From positions 1-64,000 of the IMG/VR virus record IMGVR_UViG_3300037258_000514: 64,000 nt of DNA. One strand, written 5' to 3'. Below are positions 19,012-30,066 of this stretch, one piece after another (the first letter of the stretch is position 1; each line of letters opens with the position of its first letter). The DNA comes from a virus. The notes beneath the pieces are model-generated. The model was given only the letters and a program-made list of their open reading frames with translations. It was not told where the DNA came from and made no database searches. Position numbers and translations under genes: made by a program.

Positions 19012-19277
19012 ATGAACATACACTTGACGAAGTAGAAGAAGTATTTGATTGGCTTATTGACCATCCTCCAGCAGCTGATATTCTATTTGTAGCGCATAAG
19101 ATCAAATCCAATAGATTATCAAAGAAAAGAATTAAGAAAATGAATGAAGCTTTGTTGGAATCGTCGCTTCGCGAAGTTGCTGGGGTTGGATTAGATGCCA
19201 CTGAAATGCCCGATGATTTTAAAGAAAATATGCGTTATGCACAAGAATTAATGAGAAAGTGCAAAATCATAAACTAA
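18658..19277 (+). CDS. Tail assembly chaperone, -1 frameshifted long form
   Basis: G GGG GAA at 18930-18936; the -1 frame reads GNEAGAEWSAIYGRLATAVGWSYRTIDEHTL...HPP...KCKIIN to TAA 19277, just before the TMP ATG at 19279. Confidence 0.8.
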
Positions 19278-19278
19278 T

Positions 19279-22200
19279 ATGGACGATCTTGAACTTAGAG
19301 CACTTTTTGATACATCTGAATTTAAAGAAGGTATAGCAGAGATCGGCGAGTCATTACATAAGATGACCGCTGATTTTCTGTCGTCGGCTTCTGAAATAAC
19401 AGATAGTGAAGATACTGTTCTAGCTTCTTTAGGTCCAAACCTTGTAGCAGCACTTTCTCCTTCTGCTGAAGCGCTAAATGCTGTAGGAGAAAGTGTTTCC
19501 GGGATGCTACGTGAATTTGGCGTCCTAGACGATGAAGCGTCAAATACAGCAGTTGCTTTAGCGTCGATTGGCACAGGCGCAAGCGCGGCTGTGGGAGGAG
19601 AAACAGCATTAAGTACAGCACTTGATGATCTCTTCTCTTCTCTTTCTGAAACAGGCGGACTACTTGAAGGTGTTGTAGTACCGGCGAATACGAAACTCGC
19701 CGTCGCCCTTGATGCACTATTTGAACCTCTAACAGCAGTAGCAAGTGGATTCGAAACCCTTACACCGTTAGAGAATGAATTCAGTGCTGCACTGGATAGA
19801 GTATTTGCTTCATTAAACGCTGTAACTGATGAAACAGCAAACGTTGCCTCATCTGAAACTTTACTAAGCGGCGCGCTAGATCAACTACTAAATCCACTAG
19901 TAGCAGTTGATAATGCTGTTAAAGATGTAGGCATATCATTTGACCGGTTAGAGTCAACAGCTGGAGGTGTACAAGGCATCCTGGAAGGGATGAGTGGCCT
20001 ATTTAGCGATTCAGCTGAATCTCTTCTAAAAACACAGGTAGCTGCTGAAGCTTCTGCCGAAGGGCTAGCTAAAGTTGAAACTGCTGAAAGGAGATTAGCT
20101 GAAGCTACAGCTGCGAGAAAAGAAATACAAGACAGAATTTCTTCAGCGCCAACTTCAGCAATAGGAAACGCGCAGGAAGCCCCTTCATCTATCACCGCTA
20201 CTCAAGATGAACTGATAGTAGCATATAGAGAAGAAGCTGAAGCACTAAGACAAGTTAAAGAAGTAAAAGCAGATATTATTCAAATAACTGCTACTGAAGA
20301 TGCTTCTCTACAGTCTCTCAGTCAGTACATAACACAACTTCAAAATTCCTATACTCAAGAAGCTACTGCGGCAATAAAAGCTTCAATAGCTGCTACCGCG
20401 CTTGAAGACGCGCAGAGAAATGGACTAGCAACTTCACGTCAAGTAGTTGCCGCACAGAATGATGAAATTGCTGCATACGAACGAGAACGTGAAACTCTTC
20501 AATCTTTAATTGCAGCAAAAGAAGCTTATGCAGCAGGCGGAGTTGGAGCTACAGGAGCAGCAGCTGTAGTTCCAACGGCAGATACCTCTCAACTAGACGT
20601 ATTTTCTGCTAAGGCGAGTGAACTTCAGCAAGAAATTACAGGACTAAAAGAGAGCCTTGCTAGTTTAACGCCTGCATTTGAAGCCGTTGGAGAATCTGCT
20701 AATGAAGCAGCGGGTCAACTCGCACTATTTGCAGGTGAAGCTAATGTATCAACCACACCATTAACAGAAGGTTTACAGGATGCAAATGGGCAGCTTCCGT
20801 TATTCACTTCAAATATTGCTGATGCGAATGGACAGTTAGGTTTATTTGAAATTCAATCCTCTGCGGCAGCAGCGGCAGAAGCAGCTTATGAAGCTTCGTT
20901 AGGTGAAGGATCAGCAGCGCAAAATGCTTTTAACATCTCTATTGGTCAAGGCGTAATAGTTACAGAGAAGATGCAAGCTGCAATTGATTATCTAACTAAT
21001 GCCGAAGCTGTGAGCGAAGGCGGCGCGCTAAATCTAGCTACAGCAAAAAGACTGTTAGCTCAAGAAGCACAGAAGGCTGGATTATCAATAAAGGAACTTG
21101 GTAATGAAATTTCGCTCACAAAGATTAAATCAGATGCAGCTAGAGCCGCGATCTCGCAACTTGATCAACTACTCGGTAACTTAGCTGGTCGAGGTGTTGC
21201 AGAAGAACTAGGTCTTGGTAGACTAAGTTACGCTTTGGGTTTATTGGGAAGGTCTTTAGCGCCACTTAATGCAATATTTGTAGCTGCATTCCCAATAATT
21301 GGTGTTGCACTTGCTATTCAAGTAATTCAAGATTTAATTGATAAAATCAGACTGGCTGGAGACGAAACTAGAAAGAATATTCTTTCTTTTACTGATCTTA
21401 GTGCTTCTGCTACTGTAGCGGCTGAATCACTTGAACTTGTAAATCTAAGATTAGATGATCAGATAGCAAAGCTTGAAGGCGGTCCTGCAAGCAATCAACT
21501 CGCAGAAGCATTAATTGAGAATAGAATTGAAGCCGATAAGCTAACGAAGTCTGTTGGTGATACTCTTGAGAAAATTACTGAGTTAATTGAGAAAGCAGAT
21601 ATAGGTGTTATACCTGCGTTCTTTAAGGGCGAGGCTCCTTCTAGCGTTGCATTTGATTTAGGCAGTAAGTATGATGATCTTAAAACAAAGATTGATCTAG
21701 CTTCTGCTGCCCTCGGTTCTTATAGGGAAGCACAAGCAGATGTTGATACACAAGCCGAAAAAGTTAACGCTGCTATACAAAGTGGTAATACTAATGCGAT
21801 AGCTTCTGCAGTGGCAGTTGCAGCTGTAAAGAAACAAACGGCAGCTGATGCTCTTGCCGCAGCCAATGCAGCTCAAACAGATGCAGTAAAAGCTGGACAA
21901 ACAGCAAAAGATCAGTTAGACACAGAAAAAGCAGCAAGAATAAAGTCTTTAGAAACTCCGCAATATGCTCCGGGTGGCGGTTACGCTCCTGCTATTCAAA
22001 AACCTGCTCTCTCTTCTACTGATGCGATAAAAGAAGCAAACACTGAATATGTGCATCAAGAAGCTGTAATTAATAATACAACTGCTGCACTTAAAGAACA
22101 AAGAATAGCTCAGGATGAAGGTGCACGTGCTGATGTAAAAAGATTAAAAGAAGCTGCCGATGCAAAGGCTACTGCAGATTATGCTGCGTTGAAAGAGCAG

Positions 22201-25200
22201 CGTACTCCTGAAATTAAGTCAGGTGCAACTGATGAAGAGAAAGAAGCTGCAAGAATACGTTCTACTGCAGCGGCAAATCTCGCTCTTCAAGAAGCTACAA
22301 TTAAAAAGGAAGTTGAAGATGCTCAGCTTGCCGGTAGGTCTAAAGCAGCAGCAGAAGAACAAGGTGCGCGAGAAGTAGCGGCTGCGAAAGAAACAGCTCG
22401 ACAACAAGATCTTGCCGCTGAGCAAATTAGCTACGAAACTAAGAAGAAATCAACAGAACAAGAAATTGCACTTGCACAACAAAATCCAGATCAGGGTAAG
22501 AAAGCTGCTGAATTACTTACATTAAATACTCAGCTTGAACAGATAGAAAAGGATCATACAACAGCAGTAGCTACAATTGATGCTAAGTCAAAGACCGATC
22601 AATTAAATGCTGAAGCAGAAGTTGATAAGCAACTTATAGCTGAAAGAACAAAGCAAACAAATGAACTTGTAACTGTTGCATCAGAAGAGACTAGAGCACT
22701 AATTGATGAGCAGAAGCGCGCAGCATCTGAACAACTACAACAAGTAACAACAGGTGAACAAGAAAAACTAGTAGCGATTAATGAAAGCGAAAAACTACAC
22801 TTCGACTCAGTACGACAAGCTGCTGCAGAAAGACAAGCAGCCCTCGAAGACGAGAGAGCTGCTGCCAATGTTATATATGAGAAAGAAAAAGATGATATTG
22901 AAACGCAGCAAGCATCGCTTGCACTTCTTTCTGGTCAACTACCTGAAGGAAGTCCCGGTATCGAAAAACTTCAAAGTCAACTTGATAAATTAGCGCAATC
23001 ACTTAGAACTGTTACAGAAGAACAGGATAAGTTTAATCAGAAGATTCGCGAGCAGGAATCACTTGCATCAGGTAAATCGTGGGATGAACAATATCAAGCT
23101 CTTTCCAACTTTACAAATCAAGCCACAGGAGCGTTTAATGGATTCGTAGGACAGATTATTACATCTAATCAGAGAATCAGTGTTGATTTTTACCACATGA
23201 CTCTTCAGTTAGAGAATGATTTTTTCCAGATGCTTTTGAAGATGGTAGAACAACTGCCTTTCTTCACAAGTATTCAACATGAAGTACAAAATATTATTCA
23301 AGGAGCTTTTAGCAAATTAGGATTGGGTCCTCCTGTTGCTGGTCCCGGTGAAGTTCCTTCTATTACACCAGGATTAACACAACAAGTTGTTGGTAGCGGA
23401 ACTACAACGGATACAGCTGCACAACAAGCTCAAACAGAAGCAATTGAAGCAGGAATTCCTCCGATTCAACAACTTGCTACTTCTGCTGAGTATGCAGCGA
23501 ATACTTTAGAGGCACAGAAATTTACCGGTATCGGAGGCGCAGAAGTAGCATCTCCACTAACGCCTATAGAAGCGCGATTTGGGAGTGGTATTGCTGCTGA
23601 GGGTAATCTTCCTGCAATAGAGGCACCTCTTGGAACAGGTGCAACTGATATTGATAGTCAGTTAAGGGGAGAACAATCAGCAATAACGGCGGGATTCCAA
23701 GTACAACATGTACCTCCAGGAACATCGGGACTCATTCCTCCCGGAGGTACCGCAGCCGCTAACGACCAAGCTAAAATTACAGCAGAGCAGACAAATACTA
23801 CTGCAATCCAACAGTTAAACTCTTCAATACAAACAAAGACACAAACTACTACACCTACAGCAGCTACAAATGCTCCGCCCGCGCCTTCAGCCGTTACAGC
23901 AACAGAAGGAGGAGCTACTCAAAGCGCAGGCGCATCACAGTTTACAAGTGTTCTTCAATCGACTGTAGTGGCCTTACAACAATTTAATCTTGCGTTGCAA
24001 AGAGCTGTTAGTACACTTACTCAATTAAATACATCAACTCAAACTGCTACTACGTCACAATCGACGCACACAGCAACAGTAAACAATTCGAGCGTAGCTC
24101 ATCAGATAAATACACCTTCAGTTCAACAATCAACAGTAGCTAACACACTTAACACAGGTACAACAAATACTAATACAACATCTACAATACTTAATACAGG
24201 AACACAAAACGCAAATACAACTTCTACACTTATTAACACAGGAATAACGAATACTGATACGGTTTCAACGATAGGAAACGTAGCAGTTACAAATACTGAT
24301 ACTGCTACCACAGCAGTTCATGCAGCATCTACTACTGCCGATACAGGAGCAACACACGCACATTCAGCTTCGCTCTTTACAAGTATTGGAGCAATATTTA
24401 CTCACACTGCAGCTGTAATTCACGATACTGCAGTGTCAATTGGACATGCAGCAGCGGTAACTGCTTCAACAATTGCGCACGTACTTCACGCTGTTTTCGT
24501 TCATTTATCGTCAGCAGCACATGCACTTCATCTGGGAACAGTTCTTGCCGATACAGCAGCTATTATTACGCACACAGCTGAAGTACTCGCTGACGTAATA
24601 GCATTAATTATTCACGCTATTGTTGCTTTATTTACTTCAGGACATGCTGAAGGCGGGTTAATTCAAGGAGCGGGAACGGGAACGAGCGATTCGATTCCCT
24701 CATTGTTGTCTCATGGTGAATACGTAATTCAAGCTGAGAGTGTTGGCAAACCTGGAATGCTTAATTTGTTGCATGCAATTAATGCTGGTAACATTGGAGC
24801 AGAGCATTTTAGTAATGAAAGTCATGATAGTATAGCTTCAAAAGCTACTGCTGAAAAATCTAACGCGGCCCAGTTTATAGATCATAGTTCTGCAACAAGA
24901 TCAGTCTCGAGATTGGAAACACAAGCCTCGTTGGCAGGAACGTTCTCTGCTATGGGTTATACAGGAAAGACTATTAAAGCTGCAAGTGGTGGATTTGTTG
25001 GTCCGACAGGTGTATATCACGATGATATTCTTCTCCCAACTTCATTTAATGTTAATTTAAAGAACGTTGTTTCTCCGGAACATAACGAAGATACAACAGA
25101 TGGAAGAATTGGTGCTACAGTACAAAATGAACGTGTTGCTTCAGTAGCCACTTCAGCTAATTCAGTTGCTGCCACAGCTGCAAACCTAACATCAGGAAAA

Positions 25201-25635
25201 GGCGGTAAACCTCAAGATAATGATACAATTCCCGAAAGCTTAGTTGCTCATACAGAAAAGAACATCAGGAATATAGGAAACGCTTTAAATCTTCAAACTA
25301 CGCAAACGGCACGAGGAATTCAAACAAGTTTAAATGAAGGTTTATTTGTTCCTACGTTCATGGGAGCATCTGGAATTACACCGACAACTAGATTAGCAAG
25401 TAATATCGCTTCAACCGCTAGCGCGTTAAAGACAGACGTACATAATACATTTGATTCGCCACAACATACTACAGTTGCTCCTGTTGTACATTTTCATGGA
25501 GGAGATGTACAAGCACTAGACGGAGAAGGTGTAGGAGCTATTCTTGCGCGTAATCATAAACATGTATCCAAAATTGTAGAGGGAGCAGTAAGACGCGGAT
25601 TGATTAACCCAAAGGATTTTCTAAAACACTCTTAA
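19279..25635 (+). CDS. Tape measure protein
   Basis: 2118 aa, Ala-rich helical; HAEGGLI.G.GTGTSDSIP..LS.GEYV motif; position. Confidence 0.9.
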   Translation: MDDLELRALFDTSEFKEGIAEIGESLHKMTADFLSSASEITDSEDTVLASLGPNLVAALSPSAEALNAVGESVSGMLREFGVLDDEASNTAVALASIGTGASAAVGGETALSTALDDLFSSLSETGGLLEGVVVPANTKLAVALDALFEPLTAVASGFETLTPLENEFSAALDRVFASLNAVTDETANVASSETLLSGALDQLLNPLVAVDNAVKDVGISFDRLESTAGGVQGILEGMSGLFSDSAESLLKTQVAAEASAEGLAKVETAERRLAEATAARKEIQDRISSAPTSAIGNAQEAPSSITATQDELIVAYREEAEALRQVKEVKADIIQITATEDASLQSLSQYITQLQNSYTQEATAAIKASIAATALEDAQRNGLATSRQVVAAQNDEIAAYERERETLQSLIAAKEAYAAGGVGATGAAAVVPTADTSQLDVFSAKASELQQEITGLKESLASLTPAFEAVGESANEAAGQLALFAGEANVSTTPLTEGLQDANGQLPLFTSNIADANGQLGLFEIQSSAAAAAEAAYEASLGEGSAAQNAFNISIGQGVIVTEKMQAAIDYLTNAEAVSEGGALNLATAKRLLAQEAQKAGLSIKELGNEISLTKIKSDAARAAISQLDQLLGNLAGRGVAEELGLGRLSYALGLLGRSLAPLNAIFVAAFPIIGVALAIQVIQDLIDKIRLAGDETRKNILSFTDLSASATVAAESLELVNLRLDDQIAKLEGGPASNQLAEALIENRIEADKLTKSVGDTLEKITELIEKADIGVIPAFFKGEAPSSVAFDLGSKYDDLKTKIDLASAALGSYREAQADVDTQAEKVNAAIQSGNTNAIASAVAVAAVKKQTAADALAAANAAQTDAVKAGQTAKDQLDTEKAARIKSLETPQYAPGGGYAPAIQKPALSSTDAIKEANTEYVHQEAVINNTTAALKEQRIAQDEGARADVKRLKEAADAKATADYAALKEQRTPEIKSGATDEEKEAARIRSTAAANLALQEATIKKEVEDAQLAGRSKAAAEEQGAREVAAAKETARQQDLAAEQISYETKKKSTEQEIALAQQNPDQGKKAAELLTLNTQLEQIEKDHTTAVATIDAKSKTDQLNAEAEVDKQLIAERTKQTNELVTVASEETRALIDEQKRAASEQLQQVTTGEQEKLVAINESEKLHFDSVRQAAAERQAALEDERAAANVIYEKEKDDIETQQASLALLSGQLPEGSPGIEKLQSQLDKLAQSLRTVTEEQDKFNQKIREQESLASGKSWDEQYQALSNFTNQATGAFNGFVGQIITSNQRISVDFYHMTLQLENDFFQMLLKMVEQLPFFTSIQHEVQNIIQGAFSKLGLGPPVAGPGEVPSITPGLTQQVVGSGTTTDTAAQQAQTEAIEAGIPPIQQLATSAEYAANTLEAQKFTGIGGAEVASPLTPIEARFGSGIAAEGNLPAIEAPLGTGATDIDSQLRGEQSAITAGFQVQHVPPGTSGLIPPGGTAAANDQAKITAEQTNTTAIQQLNSSIQTKTQTTTPTAATNAPPAPSAVTATEGGATQSAGASQFTSVLQSTVVALQQFNLALQRAVSTLTQLNTSTQTATTSQSTHTATVNNSSVAHQINTPSVQQSTVANTLNTGTTNTNTTSTILNTGTQNANTTSTLINTGITNTDTVSTIGNVAVTNTDTATTAVHAASTTADTGATHAHSASLFTSIGAIFTHTAAVIHDTAVSIGHAAAVTASTIAHVLHAVFVHLSSAAHALHLGTVLADTAAIITHTAEVLADVIALIIHAIVALFTSGHAEGGLIQGAGTGTSDSIPSLLSHGEYVIQAESVGKPGMLNLLHAINAGNIGAEHFSNESHDSIASKATAEKSNAAQFIDHSSATRSVSRLETQASLAGTFSAMGYTGKTIKAASGGFVGPTGVYHDDILLPTSFNVNLKNVVSPEHNEDTTDGRIGATVQNERVASVATSANSVAATAANLTSGKGGKPQDNDTIPESLVAHTEKNIRNIGNALNLQTTQTARGIQTSLNEGLFVPTFMGASGITPTTRLASNIASTASALKTDVHNTFDSPQHTTVAPVVHFHGGDVQALDGEGVGAILARNHKHVSKIVEGAVRRGLINPKDFLKHS

Positions 25636-25639
25636 CACT

Positions 25640-26614
25640 ATGTCAATAGCATTCCCTGTTTTTCCTACACTTATAGCGGGACAGTCATTCATTACTCCAA
25701 ACCAACCTCTTAGAGGTGTAGGATGGAGTGTGAAAAAAACTCCCACATGGAGCAATGAACGTCAGCAAACAACATCAGGACGCACGCTTGTAGTTAAGTA
25801 TTGGGTAAATCCTCTTTGGAAGTGGGAGTTCAGTTATGAAATAATTCTAGACAATCCTGATAATTCTAATAGTTTTTACTCAACGCCATTCCCGGCCACA
25901 GATTTTGAAATGCTTCAAGGATTTTATTGTGGGATGGAAGGTATGGGGAATGAATTTGCGTATCAACCACCTGATTCTATTAGAGGTGGAAGTTTTACAA
26001 TAACATCAGTTTATATTGGGACTGCAAATATAGCTGTACTTGGAATTAATTCGTCATTATCTGTCGGACAACTTAGACTTGGTGATGGTTTACATATTTC
26101 GGGTTTAAGTGTTGTAACAGGTTTAAATGGAGGAAATGGCACTGTAATAGGTCTTGATACAGTAGCTAATAAAATTACGTTGTCTATTACTATTGCTACG
26201 CATGTTTTTACTGCGGATAGCGGAACAGCAGTTGGCGGACAACCTCTAAGTGTTCCTGATGGTGATGGTAATATTGAAATAGTAAATACGATTGGCGCTT
26301 ATCCAAACACACTAGTCGCGGCCCCTGCAATTAATACTTCTGTGGAATCTGTTCAGTTGCCTGATACATCCACAATTATAATCTACAGTAACGGAACTGA
26401 CGTAACGAGTAGTTGTACTTTTGCTGCTGCAAATACGATCGCTGATTATCAGGGTGTTGTTGCTCAATTCGGGGTAACATCTTTAACAGCACCAATTACT
26501 GCATCATTCCAATACTTTTACTTATGTCGCTTTTCTGAAGATACACAAGAATTTGAAAATTTTATGGCTATGCTTTGGAAAGCAACAGTCAAAATAGATC
26601 AGGTGCGAATCTAA
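25640..26614 (+). CDS. Distal tail protein (DUF2460/GTA-like)
   Basis: GWSVKKTP.W...Q.TSG, W.W.FSYE, LCRFSEDTQEFENF..LW. Confidence 0.7.
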   Translation: MSIAFPVFPTLIAGQSFITPNQPLRGVGWSVKKTPTWSNERQQTTSGRTLVVKYWVNPLWKWEFSYEIILDNPDNSNSFYSTPFPATDFEMLQGFYCGMEGMGNEFAYQPPDSIRGGSFTITSVYIGTANIAVLGINSSLSVGQLRLGDGLHISGLSVVTGLNGGNGTVIGLDTVANKITLSITIATHVFTADSGTAVGGQPLSVPDGDGNIEIVNTIGAYPNTLVAAPAINTSVESVQLPDTSTIIIYSNGTDVTSSCTFAAANTIADYQGVVAQFGVTSLTAPITASFQYFYLCRFSEDTQEFENFMAMLWKATVKIDQVRI

Positions 26615-27891
26615 TGGGGTTGCAATTCTTAATGTCGGGATGTAACTTTTGCTTTAATCAGGGTATAACTACTGCTGGAGTGTTCGGCGCGACATTTCAA
26701 GCTACTTTATCAAATAGTGCCCCTGCAGGCAGAGGAAGTTCGTATGCAGTTCAAACAACTGGATCAGGAGGACAAGTATCTGCATTTTCGTTAGCATCAA
26801 ACTACTCAACCCTTATCGCAGGATTTGCTTACTACCCCACAGGACTTAGCTTTGTTATTCAACCGCAGATATTAACATTCTATACAAACAGTATAGCGAG
26901 TCAGTGTGATGTACGAGTAAATAGTAGTGGACTCTTTTACTTTACTAGAAACGGAACTACAATAAGCGGATTGAGTTCTATAGCTTTAAGCCAAAACGTA
27001 TGGCAGTATATAGAATTTAAAGCTTTCTTCTCAATAGGAACTTCAGGGACATGCGAAGTTAGAGTAAATGGTGTTCCTGTTCTAACAGCAACGGGATTAG
27101 ATAACTCCTCTACAGGAAACGGGGGACTCGTACAGTACGGAACACTAGGCGCTACTCAAGGATACTACAGAGATTTTTATTTCTTAGATGGTATAACAGG
27201 AGTAAATACAGATTATTTAGGAGATATTAGTGTTCAAGAATACTATCCGAATGGGGCAGGTGTAAATTCTCAATGGACGCCAAACGTCGGACCTTTCTTA
27301 ATTACCTCCGTAGCAGCAGGAACTGGTGTTTATACAGGAGTAATTACAGGAGGAGGATCAAATGCTTACCAAGGATATTACTTTGTAGCAAGCGGTTTCG
27401 GCCAATCTGCAAATAACGGAACTTTTTTGTGTACAGCATCATCATTAACTACATTAACACTAGCCAATGCATCAAGTCAGATTGATACAACAGGAACAAT
27501 TGATTTTCAATGTATAGTTCAGCCAGGTATTCATGGCGGTGCAGTTGATAATTCTACTTCGAATGTAGGAACCCGTCCGAATCAAGATGTAACATATATT
27601 TCAGATTCAACTTCCAGTGATATTTCTGACTTCGTTCATCAACAGTTTACTACGGCTAACGCATTAATTCCTGGAATTACGCATTTATCTTATGCCCGAA
27701 AAGATGATGTTGGCACGAGACTAATCGCGCAAGTTCTTCTATTGGGAGGAGCAACTGCTGTTTCTAACAGCATATCTTTAAGTACGAACTATCAGTACTA
27801 TCAACAGGTAATGGATGTTGATCCGAATAGTAATCCCTGGACAGTTTCAAATTTTAATTTGACAACAGGCGGAGTAAAGGAGTTAACATAA
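26614..27891 (+). CDS. Tail fibre/receptor-binding-like protein (paralog of 34853..36190)
   Basis: QCDVR.N.SG..FTRNGTTI, W.YIEFKA, CEVRVNG, YLGDI.V.E.YPNGAGV shared with paralog; TAATG coupling at 26614. Confidence 0.6.
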   Translation: MGLQFLMSGCNFCFNQGITTAGVFGATFQATLSNSAPAGRGSSYAVQTTGSGGQVSAFSLASNYSTLIAGFAYYPTGLSFVIQPQILTFYTNSIASQCDVRVNSSGLFYFTRNGTTISGLSSIALSQNVWQYIEFKAFFSIGTSGTCEVRVNGVPVLTATGLDNSSTGNGGLVQYGTLGATQGYYRDFYFLDGITGVNTDYLGDISVQEYYPNGAGVNSQWTPNVGPFLITSVAAGTGVYTGVITGGGSNAYQGYYFVASGFGQSANNGTFLCTASSLTTLTLANASSQIDTTGTIDFQCIVQPGIHGGAVDNSTSNVGTRPNQDVTYISDSTSSDISDFVHQQFTTANALIPGITHLSYARKDDVGTRLIAQVLLLGGATAVSNSISLSTNYQYYQQVMDVDPNSNPWTVSNFNLTTGGVKELT

Positions 27892-27892
27892 A

Positions 27893-28996
27893 TTGGCTGC
27901 GCGACTCGATCAGGATTTATATCTTCTAGCCGTCCAGAAGACAGGAGCAAGAGCTCGCTTAGATCAAGATTTACTTCTTGTTGCAAAAGCCTCTGATGGT
28001 TTCCTCCAAACATTACCTATAGTTGTTGCGGGTCAAAGTACTAATCTTCCTCTAAATGCAGTTCGTGGAGTTGGATGGAGTGTAAAAAAATCAGCAAAGT
28101 ATTTTTCAATTCCTCAACAGTCTACATCAGGCGTATCTACAGTAGTTATACTAGCAAGAAATCCTGAATGGCACTGGGAGTTTACTTTTGAGATACTTCT
28201 AGATAATCCAAATCAACCTAATTCTTTCTATACTATTCCTTTTCCTGCCACGGATATTGAAGAACTAACAAGTTTCTATTCAAGTGCTCAAGGTGCAGGG
28301 AAATTTGCTTATCAACCTCCTGATTCTGCGCGAGGAGGTACATTCGTAGTCACAACAGTTAATGTTCCTACAAACGGATTAGTAGCTATAACGACAGATG
28401 GCGCCACTCCTGTTACAAATCTTAAACTTGGAGATATACTTGTCGGAAACAGTTTTTCTTTAGCGACGTATTTAAATAGAGCAGCAGCAACTGTTGTTGG
28501 AATTAACCCGTTAATAAGTGCGTTTACTATTGCTGTGAGTACATCAGGTATCCATGCACCGGTAACAGATAACGGTCAGATGGTAGGAGGACAGCCACTA
28601 ATAGTTACAAATAATACGTGTGAACTTGTTAGTACGATAGGAACCGTTCCTCTAACTATAACATCTTCGCCATCAACAAGTTTAACGGTTGAAGCTGTAC
28701 AGCTAATAGATAAAGAAACTCTCACCTTTTATTCCAATGGTGTTCGTCTTCTAAACTATACAATAGATAGAACATTCGCTTTAACAGGAAGAGCAATGTA
28801 CATAGCTAAGGGAAAAGGCGTAAGCCCTTATCAAGGTATTTCAGTTTCATTTCTTTCTACGCCTACTAATCCTGTTACAGCAAGCTATAACTACTATTAT
28901 TTGTGTAAGTTTTCAGATGATACACAAGAATATGATAATTTTGTTGCAACACTTTGGGCATGTAGTTCAATAAAAATTCAACAGACAAAACACTAA
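27893..28996 (+). CDS. Second DUF2460-like distal tail protein with N-terminal ARLDQDL repeats
   Basis: Clear paralog of 25640 (RGVGWSVKK, LDNP..NSFY..PFPATD, AYQPPDS, LCKFSDDTQE). Confidence 0.7.
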   Translation: MAARLDQDLYLLAVQKTGARARLDQDLLLVAKASDGFLQTLPIVVAGQSTNLPLNAVRGVGWSVKKSAKYFSIPQQSTSGVSTVVILARNPEWHWEFTFEILLDNPNQPNSFYTIPFPATDIEELTSFYSSAQGAGKFAYQPPDSARGGTFVVTTVNVPTNGLVAITTDGATPVTNLKLGDILVGNSFSLATYLNRAAATVVGINPLISAFTIAVSTSGIHAPVTDNGQMVGGQPLIVTNNTCELVSTIGTVPLTITSSPSTSLTVEAVQLIDKETLTFYSNGVRLLNYTIDRTFALTGRAMYIAKGKGVSPYQGISVSFLSTPTNPVTASYNYYYLCKFSDDTQEYDNFVATLWACSSIKIQQTKH

Positions 28997-28997
28997 A

Positions 28998-30044
28998 ATG
29001 CGCTCAATTTACGATTCAACTACAGGTAACGATGTTACATCATCAGTTCAATCAACATTACTTGCAGGACGCACATTCTTTACACGATATTTGTTTCGTT
29101 TTCAGGTGTTAGGATTTTGGTTCACAAATGCAACAAATAATTTTGTTGACTTTGCTTTTACAACAGACTTTCCTATCTTCGTAAACAAATATCAGGTTAC
29201 AGCGACAGGAGCAACACAATTAGGATCATATTCAGGAGGAATACTTCAGAATAATGGTGTTACTTTTTTCCCTGACCAGTTTGATATAACATCATCAATT
29301 GATTACGATATTGGATTTGCAGATCATCCTGTCGAAATTACTTGGTATATAGATGATACAAGAAATTACTCAGGGAATAGCGGAACAGGATTAAATGCAG
29401 TAACTAGTCCGAATGGACTAACGATGAAACAAGCTATGCTAATGGGGGCGTTTAATGAAGCTCCCTTTTGGATACATCAAGCGTTGTACACAGCAGATCC
29501 CACTAAAGGAGGAACTTTTTTAGGAACAGTTTTAATGTTTAGAGGTTATATTAGAAAAGTTGTGGCCTCGAAGAACTCCCTAATTCTAAGTATTACAAGC
29601 TTGATGGATGCATTTCAACAAACACAAGTTCCAACACAAACATTTACTCCAAACTGCCGCGCTGTTCCATTCTTGCCGGCAGCAGGAGGAACTTATGCGG
29701 GACATTGGGTTAGTATTGCCTCTGTTACATCACCTACACAGATTACATTTAACATAGGAGCTACATTAAGTATTCCTGAAGACGCATTGAGAGATTATTA
29801 CATAGGATTTACATCAAATATTGGTGGAGGTGTTGTTCCTTGGGGTACAGCGACGCCTCCTGCTCCATTTTGGAGGATTAGAGGTAACCCTTCAACAACA
29901 AGTAGTAGTACAGTAACGTGCTATTTCTACGAGCCGCCAATTGTTCCGGCAAGTCCTTCGGATATACCTGTAATGGGTCAAACAAGTTTGGCAGGTTCAC
30001 CAAAAGGTTTCCCCTACATTCCGCCTCCAGAATTATCAATATAA
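28998..30044 (+). CDS. Baseplate hub-like protein (DUF2163-like)
   Basis: GAFNEA, MFRGYI, C-terminal GFPYIPPPE. Confidence 0.65.
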   Translation: MRSIYDSTTGNDVTSSVQSTLLAGRTFFTRYLFRFQVLGFWFTNATNNFVDFAFTTDFPIFVNKYQVTATGATQLGSYSGGILQNNGVTFFPDQFDITSSIDYDIGFADHPVEITWYIDDTRNYSGNSGTGLNAVTSPNGLTMKQAMLMGAFNEAPFWIHQALYTADPTKGGTFLGTVLMFRGYIRKVVASKNSLILSITSLMDAFQQTQVPTQTFTPNCRAVPFLPAAGGTYAGHWVSIASVTSPTQITFNIGATLSIPEDALRDYYIGFTSNIGGGVVPWGTATPPAPFWRIRGNPSTTSSSTVTCYFYEPPIVPASPSDIPVMGQTSLAGSPKGFPYIPPPELSI

Positions 30045-30066
30045 CCTCTAAGGAGCATTTCCTGTC

